A stretch of 61,678 bases of DNA, counting the filler, from Basidiobolus ranarum (Eukaryota): assembly GCA_040143965.1 (NCBI GenBank). It is 16 parts of 16 records of this genome, joined end to end, with 100 filler letters (N's around TTAATTAATTAA, not from the genome) between each part and the next. Parts side by side here need not be neighbours in the genome. Positions count along the whole stretch, not along the records: positions 11,634 to 15,408 come from JASJQH010002292.1; positions 15,509 to 19,278 come from JASJQH010002293.1; positions 19,379 to 23,145 come from JASJQH010002294.1; positions 23,246 to 27,009 come from JASJQH010002295.1; 12 more parts are not named here. One strand, 5' to 3'. A program made the translations under genes and the position numbers. Each line of letters begins with the position of its first letter. The first letter of the stretch is position 1. Under the pieces are notes generated by a model, which saw only the letters and a program-made list of their open reading frames with translations, was not told where the DNA came from and searched no databases. Positions 12,066-24,464 of this stretch are shown piece after piece.

Positions 12066-15000
12066 AAAAGTTAGTTAACATTACTTATATTAGACAAAGT
12101 AATGTTAACTAACTTTTGTGTGATATATGAAATAGTAAGGTGTATGAAGATAGAGATAACAAATATGATAACAACAGTAAACTTCAACACTCCCACTCAA
12201 CTAAATATTCATATATCTTAAACCTGACTTAAATCTCAATTCTTCAAATTTTGGCTTGAGTAATGGTTTGGTCAGGATGTCAGCAAGAATGTCCTCAATT
12301 AGAGAGTACTGTAGTTGTACATGCTTATTCTCAATAGCTTCCCTAACAAAGTGATGTAGAATGTCAATATTCTTACTTCTAGCATAAAGTTGGGATTTTT
12401 AGCTAAAGAACTACAACTTTGATCATCCTTGAAAATTATAGTGGGTGGACTTTGAAAAGTGCCCAAGTCTTGTATCAGTTTCCTTAGCCACGTAGCCTCC
12501 TTTGTTGTATGTGATACTGCCATGTGTTCTGCTTCAGTTGTTGAAAGTGCTACAGTGGGTTGTTTCTTGCTATTCCAAGAGACAGCTGCTTGACTGCAGA
12601 GAAAGGTAGATTGAGTGATATATCTTCTATTCTCAATATCACATCCCCAATCTGCATCACTAAACCAAGTTAAATCCTTTTTTTCATTAGAATATGTGTA
12701 TCTTGATCCCAGGTCAATTGTCACCTTCAAATATCTGAAAATCTGCTTAACTGCGGCATAATGCTCAGATCCTGTGTTTTGCCCAAGTTGGCTAACAACT
12801 CCCACTGCAAAAGAGATATCTGGCTGAGTTCCAGTTATAGCATAGATCAAATTACCTACCATAGATGGATAAGGAAACTCAGGGCTTTGCAATGCCATAT
12901 TTTGAGCCATATTTAGCCAATTTTCATCATTTTTGATGGATTTTTGACTAATTTCTCCCCTGGATCCATGGGAGTTGCTACTGGCTTACAGTTATCCATC
13001 CTGTAATGTCAGTGAATGACTGAGATGTATTTAGATTGATTTAGAGTAACAGATTTACTCAATATATCTGTATGGATCTGCAGACCTAAAAAATACATAA
13101 GTTCACCTAAAGTGGTCATCTTAAATTGATTTAATAGATCTCTTTTGCTGTTCCTGCAAGCTTCATCATTATTGGTAGCTATAGTCAGATTGTTTACATA
13201 TAAGGCAAGTATAACCTTACTGTCCATATCTGTCTCAAAGTACACACCAAAATCTGCTATACTCTTTGGAAGTCAACTAAATCCAAGTATGTGTCTATCA
13301 TAGTGTACCAGGCCCTGGGTGTTTGCTTAAGTCCATGAAGTGCTCTTTGAAGCTTACGCATGTTCTCAGGGTGCTCAGGATCCACAAATCCATATGGTTG
13401 ATCCATGAATATATCCTCTTCCAAGTCCCCATTCAAAAAAGCAGTTTTGCCATCCATTAGTTGATATTTAAGCTGTGTTTTGTTGCTACTGCTGCTATGG
13501 TTCTGATAAAATTAAACTTTGCTACAGGAGCAAAATTTCATTGTAGTCCACTCCTTACATTTGACAGAATCCTTTAACCACAAATCTAGTTTTACATCTT
13601 TCTACAGATCCATCATCTTGCTGTTTAACTTTAAGCACCTATTTGCATCCAATTGATTTTTTGGTCATCAGGTAACTTAACCAAAGTCATAGTTTGGTTA
13701 TCTATGAGTAACTGAAACTCCTCTTCCATTGCAGCACTCCAAAACTTTGTGTTGGGACTCTCCATAGCCTCCTGTACTATGTTGGGTTTGTCAGAAAAGG
13801 GTAAATTAGCACTAGGCTTCTTTTGGCTAGTGTGAGAGTAGTAATCAGGCAGAGATCTCATCTGATTGGATCTCCTAAGATGGGATATTGGTATTAAGAC
13901 TTCTGGTAACAATTTAGGCATTGAAACCACCTCAGGCTTGGTTGAGGAGACTGCAGGTGAAGAATTTTCAATGTTTTTCTCACTGAATAAAATCTGGTGA
14001 GAGAAAGAAGAATTTTCATTAATTTTTGTTGTTTATCATGATCCTGGATTGTTTTAATTGAAATATTTTTTCTTCAGCAAACTCCACATCCCTTGACTTG
14101 ATTAGCCTCTAATTCTCAGTGTCACACAGTCTGTACCATTTTGTTCCATCACAATATCCCAAAGAAAGATATTTCTGGCTTTTTTGGTTTAATTTTGATC
14201 TCTTCTGATCTATATTCATTGCAAATGCAATACTTCCAAAGCCTCTGAGATTAGCCACTTCAGGTCTACTTCCAAACCAAGCTTGATAAGGTGTCATTGC
14301 CAATAGACACCCAGAAGAACATCTATTCCTAATATATACAGCAGTTGCAACCAATTCAGCCCAGAATTGTTTTGTTAAATCATGATCATAAGCATTGATC
14401 TTGCCTTTTCCATTATTGATCTGTTTGCACATTCTGCTACTCCATTCTGCTGGGGGGGAATTTGGCACTGTGGTCTGCTGCTTTATCCCATGTGTTGAGC
14501 AGAAGTTAGAGAAGAGTTTTGAGGTATATTCCTCTCCACTAACAGTACAAATAATCTCAATCTGCAGATGTATTTCAGTCTCCACCATTACTTTGAATTT
14601 CTCAAAAGTATCAAAGGTTTCATTCTTACTGGCCAGAAAGTACACCCAAGTATACTTTGTCTCATTATCAATGAAGGTCATAAAATATCTTTTCCACCTA
14701 AGGATTTTGTCTGAATTTGGCCATACGGATCTGAGTGCATCAGGTCTAATTTTTGATCAATTTTGCTCATTCCAGAGCCCACAGATGGCTGTCTGTGTTA
14801 CCTACCATACAGGCAACCTTCACATAGCTCCAGATCCAGTGGAATTACAGAATCTAGTCCCAAAACCATCTGGTTTTTGATTCAATCTCACATATTTTCT
14901 GCTTCTAGATGACCCAATCTCCTATTTGAAATATTCCAGTCTATCTCTTCAACTGTGGCAGTATTAACTTGTCATATGTTGGCCTAATATAATGAATTTT

Positions 15001-15408
15001 ATACGAGTTATTTTGCTTAGCTCCAGAAAGTAGGTATTTCACTTTTTGATCCCTGATTGTACAGCCTTTTTGATCAAAATCAGATGTAGCTTTACTCACC
15101 AATAACTAATTTTTTGCTATCTCAGGCACATATAACACATTTTTCAGTGTCAAATACATGTCCCCAGAGATGCCCCCAAGATCCACTTCAATTACTCCCA
15201 CTCCCAGAGCTTCTAGTGGCTGGTCATCGCTAACATAAACCTTCTTGTTTATGTCAGTATTGAATGTCTTAAACCAGTTTTTTTGATGAGAGAAATGTTG
15301 AGAGGCTCCAGAATCAATATACCACAACCTACAGTCTTTTTTGGATGTCATTGGTAGGGCAGAAATGAATAAAACTTTCTCTTTGGTTAAAACCTGATTT
15401 GCTTGTTC
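12066..15408 (-). mobile_element. Degenerate Ty1/copia family B: protease, integrase, RT, RNase H, PPT and truncated LTR
   Basis: WYIDSGAS; integrase TFIDNETKYTWVYFL; KTAFLNGDL, HGLKQTPR, LYVNNL; SDADW, STTEAE. PPT GAGTGGGAG precedes TGTTGAAG at about 12189. Many stops. Confidence 0.92.
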
Positions 15409-15508
15409 NNNNNNNNNNNNNNNNNNNNNNNNNNNNNNNNNNNNNNNNNNNNTTAATTAATTAANNNNNNNNNNNNNNNNNNNNNNNNNNNNNNNNNNNN
15501 NNNNNNNN

Positions 15509-18500
15509 TGGTGAAGACTTTCACCTTTGGAAGTTCAAGAAGCAAATGGTGCTAGAAGACAAAGACCAGTAGGAATTTTTTACAGCAGAAGAAATATAGC
15601 CAAAGTGACCTTGCCTTTAACAAGAAGCAGAGGGAAGCACTCTCTACACTTTGCCTACATCTCAGACACTCTCAATTGGGGCACTTACAATCAGCCAAAA
15701 ATTGCAAAACACTAGGGAAGCACTTGAGGGACTATATGAGACTAAAAGTCTGGCTAATAGGCTATATCTTAGGTGAAAACTATTCTCAATTCAGAGAAAT
15801 TCTGATGATTGTATGCTTAATCGTATAGATCAGATAAAAATCTATGGTAGATCGGCTCTCATCCATTGGAGCACTTCTAATCAAGATGACTTCGTCATTA
15901 CATTACTTGGGAACCTGCCAGATGAGTTCAGGAACCTCATAATTATCCTAGAATCAAGATCAGAGCCATTAACAATGAAATATGTTGGTGGTAGGCTTTT
16001 GAATGAGGAATTAAGAAGATCTAAATCTCAGCAAAATGATGTAGATAAGCAATTTTTTGGAGCTGTGAAATGTCCCACAAACTTCATTAATGGTGCACCT
16101 GGTAGGAAACAAAACATCTTCAAGTATTGAAAGAAACCAGGCTATTTAAACAAAGATTGCAGAAAAAGGATTTGTGCTAAAAAGCTAAAATTGGAACAAA
16201 CAAATCAAGTAAGCACTGATAGAGATCATCTATCGGTGTCTGCCCTTTCAGTAATCACCAAAGAAGACTTAGAAAGTGGTACATTGAATCCGGAGCTTCC
16301 CAGCATATGCCAAACAAGAAATATTTGTTTTCAAGCTAACAACTATTCCAAACAAGGAAACTCTGCTTTGGTTATGATTATGCACTAGATGCAGTTGGTA
16401 AGAGTAGAGTTGTGCTCAATACAGATCAACATTCAGCTCCACCATCTGCAAAATTGGATGATGCACTCTATGTATCAAGTATAGCCAAGACTCTACTCTC
16501 AGTACATCACTGACAGCTATTTTCAAGCTCTCAAGATATCAAATCTACTCAAAATGTTGCCCTGAGTCATTCTGCTCTATATGGCCCCATGAAAACTGCT
16601 CACTAGGTGGAAAAAGTTACTTTATACCTTTGTTAATGAATGCAGTAGACATTGGGTATTGTTTCTCAAGTCAAAATCTGAAGCCTTAGCTAAGTTTAAG
16701 CACTACAACTCAATGGTTGAGAAAGAAATAGTGTAGAAAAAAGGGTACTAAGGAGTGATAATGGTGGAGCATACTGTCCCAAGACTTTGCTAGTTTTTGC
16801 TCTGAATATGTAATCAGCAACACACTGCTGTACCTTTTACTACACAGCAAAATGGAACTGCAAAACATGCTATTAGGACCATAGCAGAGATAGTAGGCTC
16901 AATGTTACATGATTAAAAGTTGAATTATCAATATTGGGCTAAACTAGCCTCCACTGCAGTCTATATTACTGAATTCCTGCTCATAAAAACTCTAAATTCA
17001 AGCCCAAGAGCAGAAAATGCGTGTTTTCAGGTGACTGTGATGGACCTAAGGCCTACAGACTGGTTGATACTAAAATTCAGAGGTTTATTAAGTGCAGAGA
17101 TGTGATTTTTGAAGATAAAGCAGTTTTTCATTGCAAATAACAGTTCTTGATCCTGAAAACACAACCAACCCTAATCAGGATGTGTCTGAAAAGATTTCCA
17201 CTGTATCAGAGCCCTGCTCAACCAAAATATAAGTCTCAATTACTTTTGAGAATGCTACAGGACCCAGAAGATCAAATACAAATCTTGTCCAATATACTTC
17301 CAAGTCCACTGAACACTTTTATCCAATTATGAGCCCCAAGCTAGCTGTTAAAGGAATGTCTACCAGTGCTATTAACAATGTTTTTGCATCAACACAGAAG
17401 TTCAATGCTGAAGATTTTCACCTTTGCAAGTACAAGATGCAAATGGTGCTATAAGACAAAGACCTGTAAGGATTTGTTATAAGAGAAGAAATATAGCCAA
17501 AGTGCCCACCAGAAGCTATCCTTGCCTTTAACAAGAAGCAGAGGAAAGCAACCTCTGTAGTTTGCATTCATCTTGGAGACCCTCAAATGGGGCACAAACA
17601 ATCAGCCAAAACACTTAAAATGCTTGGGAAGCACTTCAAAGACATTATGAGGCTAAAATTCTGGCTAATAGCTCTTTTTTATGCAAACATTATTCCCAAT
17701 TGAGATAAATACTCATGACTGTATGCTTATTCATATAAAAAGAATAAAAACTATAGCAGATCAGCTCTCTTCCTTTGGAGAACCTCTATATGCCAATGAC
17801 TTAGTGATGACACTACTTGGGAGCCTGCCAGACCAATTTGGAAGCCTTGTAATTGCCCTAGAATCAAGATCAGAGCCATTACCAATGGAATATGTTGATC
17901 CTATGCATTAAAATATGGAATTGAGGAGATCTAATTCTCAGCAAAATAATGCAAATTAAGTATTTTTGGAGCTGTAAAGCAAACAACAGGCTTTGATAAT
18001 GGTGCCCTGCTAGAAAATCATTCATCTGCAAAGATGGCAAGAGACCAGGACATTCAATCAAAGATTGCAGAAAAAGGATTTTTGCTAAAATGCAAAAATT
18101 GGAACAGGCAAATCAAGTAAGCACTGATAGGGATCTTCTATTTGTGTCAGCCCTATCATTAACCACTAAGGCAGACTAAGAAATGTGGTGCATTGATCCA
18201 GGAGCTTCCCAGCATTGACTTAAACAAAAATGATTAGTTTTCCAGCTTAGAACATATCACAACACAAAAAGTCTACTTGGGAGACAACTATGCATTCAAT
18301 GAATTTGTTAAGGGCACAGTTGTGCTCAATTTAGACTAAAACATAGCTACACCATATGCAAAATTGAATGATTTACTCTGTGTACCAATTATAGCCTGGA
18401 ATCTACTCTCAGTAAGCCAAGGACTAAGTTCTGTGCTCAGCAAGGCTGGATGCCCAAGCACAGATCAGAATAATACCAAACTAGCTACTACAATCTTAGC

Positions 18501-19278
18501 TAAAAACTCACACAAGCAAGAAATCCACTAATTGTATTCTGAACATGCAAACTTGGCTAAAACCAGCAAAATAAGCTATCAAATGTGGCATAGTACAATA
18601 GGCCACTTTGTGGTACCAAAACCCTCCTAAATGATCTAAAATCAGCTGGTTTCAGGATCAGAAGTTGAAAATATTACTTATTGCATCTATGTGAAGGTTG
18701 AATATATGGAAAACCTCACAGACAGCTATTTTAAAAGCTCCGGAGATCAAATCCCCACAGAATTCTACCCTGATTTATTCTGATATTTGTGGACCCATGA
18801 AAAACATCTCACTAGATGGTAAAATGTACTCTATGAACTTTATTCACAACCAAACAAGATACACTTGGGAATTTTTATCATATCAAAATTTGAAGCTTTA
18901 GCTTAGTTCATGCCTTATAAAGCAGTTGTGGAGATGGAATCAGCACAAAAGAAATTGTACTATGGAGTGTTAGTGGTGGAGAATACTGCTCTAAAGACTT
19001 TGTTAGTTTTTGTTCTAAACATGGAATTAAGCAACAAACTACAACACCTATTACTCCACAGCAGAATAGTGTTGCAGAATGTGCTAGTAGGACCATAATG
19101 TAGATGGCAAGATCAAAGTTCCATGAGCAAAAGTTAGTTTACCAATATGAGCCTAAATCTGTCTCCACTATAGTACACATCAAAAAAAATGCCTAACAAG
19201 ATCACTATTAAGTTTTACTCCATTTGAAGCAATATACATATCAAAACTAAGTGGGGGTTGTCTTAGGATCTTTAGTTG
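15509..19278 (+). mobile_element. Two tandem degenerate copia gag-protease-integrase segments (about 15509-17320 and about 17325-19278)
   Basis: Repeated gag (TLLGSLPD..LESRSEPL), zinc-knuckle remnant, IDPGAS, SDICGPM. A PBS-like TTATGAGCCC sits at about 17328, before the second gag. Confidence 0.85.
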
Positions 19279-19378
19279 NNNNNNNNNNNNNNNNNNNNNN
19301 NNNNNNNNNNNNNNNNNNNNNNTTAATTAATTAANNNNNNNNNNNNNNNNNNNNNNNNNNNNNNNNNNNNNNNNNNNN

Positions 19379-20548
19379 TGCAATATGATGGGTCGTATCG
19401 GGGCTTCTGCTTTGATTAGTTGCTTGCTTGGCTTAATTGAGCATACTGGAGTTTGCAGATCTCTCGGTCGTAAAAACAAATACACTGTTGACAGTAATCA
19501 GGAGTTGATTGGTCTCGGAGTTTGCAATATCGTTTGCTCAATATTCTCTGGGTTTCCTGTCAGTGGATCCTTTTCTCGCGGTGCGGTGAATGATCAATCT
19601 GGAGTTAAGACCCCACTTGCCGGAGTTTTGACCGGACTAATCGCCATTTTCGCACTCATCTTTTTGCCACCTCTGTTTTATTATATCCCAAATGCCACGC
19701 TATCCTCCATTATTATTTTCAGTATGGTTAGTGTAGTGAGTAGTCCTAAGGTGTTTCATCACTTCTGGATCATTGACAGGATGGAGTTTGCTGTGTCCGT
19801 TCTCGGATTCTTAATTACCGTTTTTGTGGCTATCCAGACTGGTATTGAGGTCGCCGTTTGCTGCTCCATTGTTGTCTTGTTGTATCGTGTCGCTCGTCCT
19901 CGACTCAAGTTCCCTACCATCATCCAAGGATACGAGATGATTGGATATGATACTAATGATGTACCTGAGGGTGTAGTAGTCGTCCGTCTTCAGGAAGCTT
20001 TACTTTTCCCCAATGTTGAGTTTGCCCGTCGTAAGATCATGAAGATTGTTGGTCGTCGTACTAGACCAGCAGTTACCATCAACGAGGAACTTAGATGGAA
20101 TGAATGCAAAACTAAACCCAAGAAATCCCATGAGAATCCTCTGGGTCCTCTACCAGTTCTTGAAGCCCTCATCTTCGATATGAGTGCTGTCAACCAGGTA
20201 GATTATTCAGGTATTCAGGGATTGTTCGATATTAAGCACGAACTTTGTAAATATGCTGGTATTGTGGATGAAGCTGAAGACGATAGCTTTCAAGTTCATT
20301 TTGCAGCGATGAATCCTAATGTTGCCAAGAAGATAGAAGTTTGCGGAATTCTTCGACCTGAAGAGCACTTCCAGACTGTCAAGAGCAAAGATGGGAAAGC
20401 AACGGAGGAAGTCATTGATTTGGATAGCAAGGTGAAGAGACCTACACTGATCCATACCTCTGTCCCCGAGGCAGTCGCAAGCATTATGAAGTACCGTGAA
20501 ACCCGTGGGACCGATGAGATTGATGAGTTAAAAAGTAAGCTCAAATGA
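19379..20548 (+). CDS. SLC26/SulP sulfate permease, C-terminal part with STAS domain
   Basis: NQELIGLG.CN, GSFSRGAVN..SGVKTPLAG, LLFPN, LIFDMSAVNQVDYSG; 5' end truncated. Confidence 0.93.
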   Translation, partial: CNMMGRIGASALISCLLGLIEHTGVCRSLGRKNKYTVDSNQELIGLGVCNIVCSIFSGFPVSGSFSRGAVNDQSGVKTPLAGVLTGLIAIFALIFLPPLFYYIPNATLSSIIIFSMVSVVSSPKVFHHFWIIDRMEFAVSVLGFLITVFVAIQTGIEVAVCCSIVVLLYRVARPRLKFPTIIQGYEMIGYDTNDVPEGVVVVRLQEALLFPNVEFARRKIMKIVGRRTRPAVTINEELRWNECKTKPKKSHENPLGPLPVLEALIFDMSAVNQVDYSGIQGLFDIKHELCKYAGIVDEAEDDSFQVHFAAMNPNVAKKIEVCGILRPEEHFQTVKSKDGKATEEVIDLDSKVKRPTLIHTSVPEAVASIMKYRETRGTDEIDELKSKLK

Positions 20549-22199
20549 GTTTTGTTTAGCGATCTAGGATGTGTTACTGTTAGAGATGCACATCTAAAAA
20601 GTTCTAAGCATCGATTCAACAGTGAGCTGACGTTTCACTTTCTTAAATTCTTCTCTTAGGAGGTTTTGTTTAACCGGGCCCCTTAACGTGTAGAAATCAT
20701 CCGTCAAACAGATTCGGTTACTGTACTCATTACCAAACCAGTCACCATACTTTTATATTATCTCCCTCACTGTATTTCTTACCAAGCCTACTATACCCTG
20801 CCATGCATTCCGTCTACAATTTCACTGAATGAATATTTCTGATCTTTCCATTAGATATTGTAAACATATAATAATTGGCTTTAGAGTCATGGAATCCTAA
20901 GATTCGATGTCTTATTCGCTAGAATATTTATATTTATAAACCACTTTTACCATTTTACTCCGACCATTTTTCTTCCATGATTATGGTGAGTTCACGCCAT
21001 CTATGAATCCAGGTTATGTGACCAACATGAGTGGTTTCTGTGGGATTATGGGTTTCGAGCATATTGATCTTCAAAATGTAAGTAGCACTTCTCATCAAAG
21101 ATATCGAAGCAATAGTGTCTATGACATAGTGATGCAAGGTCGTAACTACATCTGCTGTCATTATGGTATATACAAAATATACCATCATATTTGGTTGGAA
21201 TTGCACTCTCTGCTTTCAAACTCTAAGGAGCAATGCCTAATAACCGTATCTGATGAAATCATTTACCCTTTTAACGGAATCCGATATTCCGATTTCATTT
21301 GAGTCATTTCTCACGAAAAGTAAGTGGCCTGTGGACAAAGATAGAAACCTCACTCGAAATGGCATTGGATGTACACAAATCTTCTGAAGAATAGCTATAT
21401 ATACATCAACCTTATCTAGCATAACCAAGTGAAACTTACCCTTTGATACGGCCTCGTTCAATTCCTGTATATTTGTTGAGCAAGTTTCTCCCCACATACC
21501 ATAAACTCTCACATGAATAGTGACCTAATGATCTATGTTTGAAATTCTCTAGTCAATTAATCAGTTACCTCTGTTTCATCAAGAATCATTCTGGCTCTGA
21601 GAGTGCTGAATGTATCATGCAATAGTAATCTGATAAAATATTTCAAATGCCTGCATAGCCCATTTTAACGATAATACTGACCATTACATATATACTGAGC
21701 ATTCACTATTCAATGTGAGACTCTGACATCAGAAGTAATATCCTAAGAAAGCGCTTCAAAGACATCAGGACTGGGATCACATGTAATATGTTGAAATATT
21801 AGAGTCAGATACCTGAATATTCTTGAATCATATCTACTGGTTAAATAGCTATATACTGCTCTTTTCATTTGTCAAAATTGTGAAAGAAACAAGCACTTTA
21901 TATTATATTGCAGTATGTTAAAGTCAAAATTGTAATTGACATATTGGATATATCTTTGAAATGTTGGCAAAAAGCTAAATTTATATATTTGTCAGAACCC
22001 CCCCCCCACCAACTTTTCTGGCACCGTGGTAATGTAGTCATAGTTCGAAGTTTCTTTATCCTCATCACAATATAGCTATTTGCTTTCAACCCAATCAAAT
22101 AACAACTGTAAATTCCGTGCTTCTTCCACTTACATAAATTACTTCCAAGGCATCACAACATAGCTACTCAATTGATTGTATTCTTACTGAATAATTGGT

Positions 22200-22745
22200 C
22201 TTTATTCAATATCTTAGTTGACTTTAGCTATGATACATATATAAAAAATAAGTCTTGTATTTATAACCTCTATACTGTACTTAAGATTTGTTAGACAATA
22301 ATCTTTATTCAGCATCTTAATTAACTTTAGTCATGATACATATATTAGATATGGAAAGAAATATATTTGTGGCCCCTATATTCTAATTAGCAATATCTCT
22401 ATATCTATATAAACAGTATGTCTTTTTACCCCCACTTATCCATTATATCTTTTTACACAAACTCCTGAACATCTCAAACAATTGACTACTTCTTTGCAAT
22501 GTAAGGCACCATATTCTCTAAATAATAGAGTAGCTAAAACACTATTGTAATTTGCCTCTAATATACAAAGTCTACCTCTAATATGTCAAGATCCTACAAA
22601 AAGAGTTCCTCTATATCTATCTAACTAGTATGTCTTATTGGCCCCACTTATTTATCATGCCTCATTACATAAGCTCTTGACTATCTTAAACAATTGATTT
22701 ACTATCTGCTATACAAGTAATCATGTCCTGCTAAGAATAAATTAA
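22200..22745. repeat. Degenerate tandem direct repeats (about 103-bp and about 210-bp spacing)
   Basis: TTTATTCA..ATCTTA.TT.ACTTTAG..ATGATACATATA at about 22201 and 22304. CTATATCTAT...AGTATGTCTT...CCCCACTTAT...AAACAATTGA at about 22400 and 22611. Confidence 0.55.
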
Positions 22746-23245
22746 GTGATATTGAAATTAGCATTGCCTTCACAGATGATACATGGTGTGCATATTGCGA
22801 TTTATACTTTTATCAAGAAAAAGATAAACTGGCTTGTAAAATGAGCTTATGAAGGACCCACAGAAATGTGCAGAGAGCTTGGGGTCTCTTGGACAAGTTT
22901 TGGAAAATTATGATTTGACAGCTTCCAAGCTTATAAAAATATTTCAGGTGAAGATCTCTAACTATAACATGGTGCAGCTTAGATAGCTAACTATATGATT
23001 GTATAGATGCCAAGGCTCTTCAGCAGAAGAACTGTATGACTTGCCCCTATTGCTTGATTCAGTTGAAGGTGAGTATTTATTAAACAAGGACATGGTTCTA
23101 GGGTGATCACAAAGGCTGAGTAAAAGTTTGGAGAATTTTGAACAANNNNNNNNNNNNNNNNNNNNNNNNNNNNNNNNNNNNNNNNNNNNTTAATTAATTA
23201 ANNNNNNNNNNNNNNNNNNNNNNNNNNNNNNNNNNNNNNNNNNNN

Positions 23246-24464
23246 ACACGGGGCGATTGATCGGTAATGCATTATAATTGGCTCCACTGAAGCGATTTAT
23301 TTCAGTATCAACATAGGAAAACAAACGACCTTGAAGAAGCGGATCATTGGAGAAATCAATACCAGGAACAATGTTGCTCACACAATAGGCAACTTGCTCT
23401 GTTTCAGAAAAGTAATTATCAGGGTTGCGGTTAAGTACCATCTTTCCTATGTATTTAACGGGTACAAGTTCTTCTGGGATAATCTTAGTGGAGTCTAAGA
23501 TATCGAAATCCCAACCCTCGGCTTCTTCTTCAGTGAAAATTTGAACACCAAATTTCCATTCTGGATAAAAACCATTATCGATTGCCTCCCACAGATCTCG
23601 ACGGTGGAAATCTGGATCCTGACCACCCAACTTTTGCGCCTCATCCCAAACTAAAGAATGTGCTCCTAACGTTGGAGTCCAATGAAATTTGACAAAGTGC
23701 TTTTCCCCTGATTCATTTACCAATATAAAGCTATGGACACCAAAGCCTTGCATCATTCGATAGCTTCGAGGGATAGCTCGATCCGAAAGAGCCCACATAA
23801 TCATGTGTGATGCTTCCGGAGTCAGGGATATGAAGTCCCAGAAGTTGTCATGCGCTGTTTGGGCTTGAGGAAGCTCATTGTGAGGTTCAGGTTTACCAGC
23901 ATGAATAATATCAGGAAATTTAATAGCATCTTGGATGAAAAATACTGGCATATTATTTCCCACCAGATCCCAGTTTCCTTCATCAGTATAGAAACGAACG
24001 GCAAATCCGCGAACATCTCGAACAGTATCTGCTGATCCTTTAGATCCTAAGACAGTTGAAAAACGTACAAAAACCGGTGTTTTACGGGATGTTTCTGTAA
24101 GTACTCCCGCTTTTGTATATTTTGCAAGAGACTCGTCAAGTTCAAAATATCCATGGGCAGCTGCCCCGCGTGCATGAACGGCACGTTCAGGTATGCGTTC
24201 GTGGTCGAAGTGAGTGATCTTTTCTCTGAAATGGAAGTCTTCAAGCAAAGTGGGACCGCGCTCTCCAACTTTTAAAGAATCATCCGTATGGTTGATACGT
24301 GTTCCGAACTGAGTGGTAATATAGTGGCCAGGCTGTGCATCATCTATCCGGGAGGATTCTAGGTTCCGATTTTTCTTGTCTCCAGTGACCGAAGTAATGG
24401 CAGATGTAGTTTTCTCTTTAGTAGCGGAGACGAATCCTTTCATTTTCTCGGTGATATCTTCCAT
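23246..24464 (-). CDS. Large-subunit monofunctional catalase (KatE/CatA type), 5' part
   Basis: [56 protein letters not shown]. Confidence 0.95.

Noticed and set aside
20900-21900. Short ORFs downstream of the sulfate permease
   Set aside because: No recognisable motifs or splice pattern.
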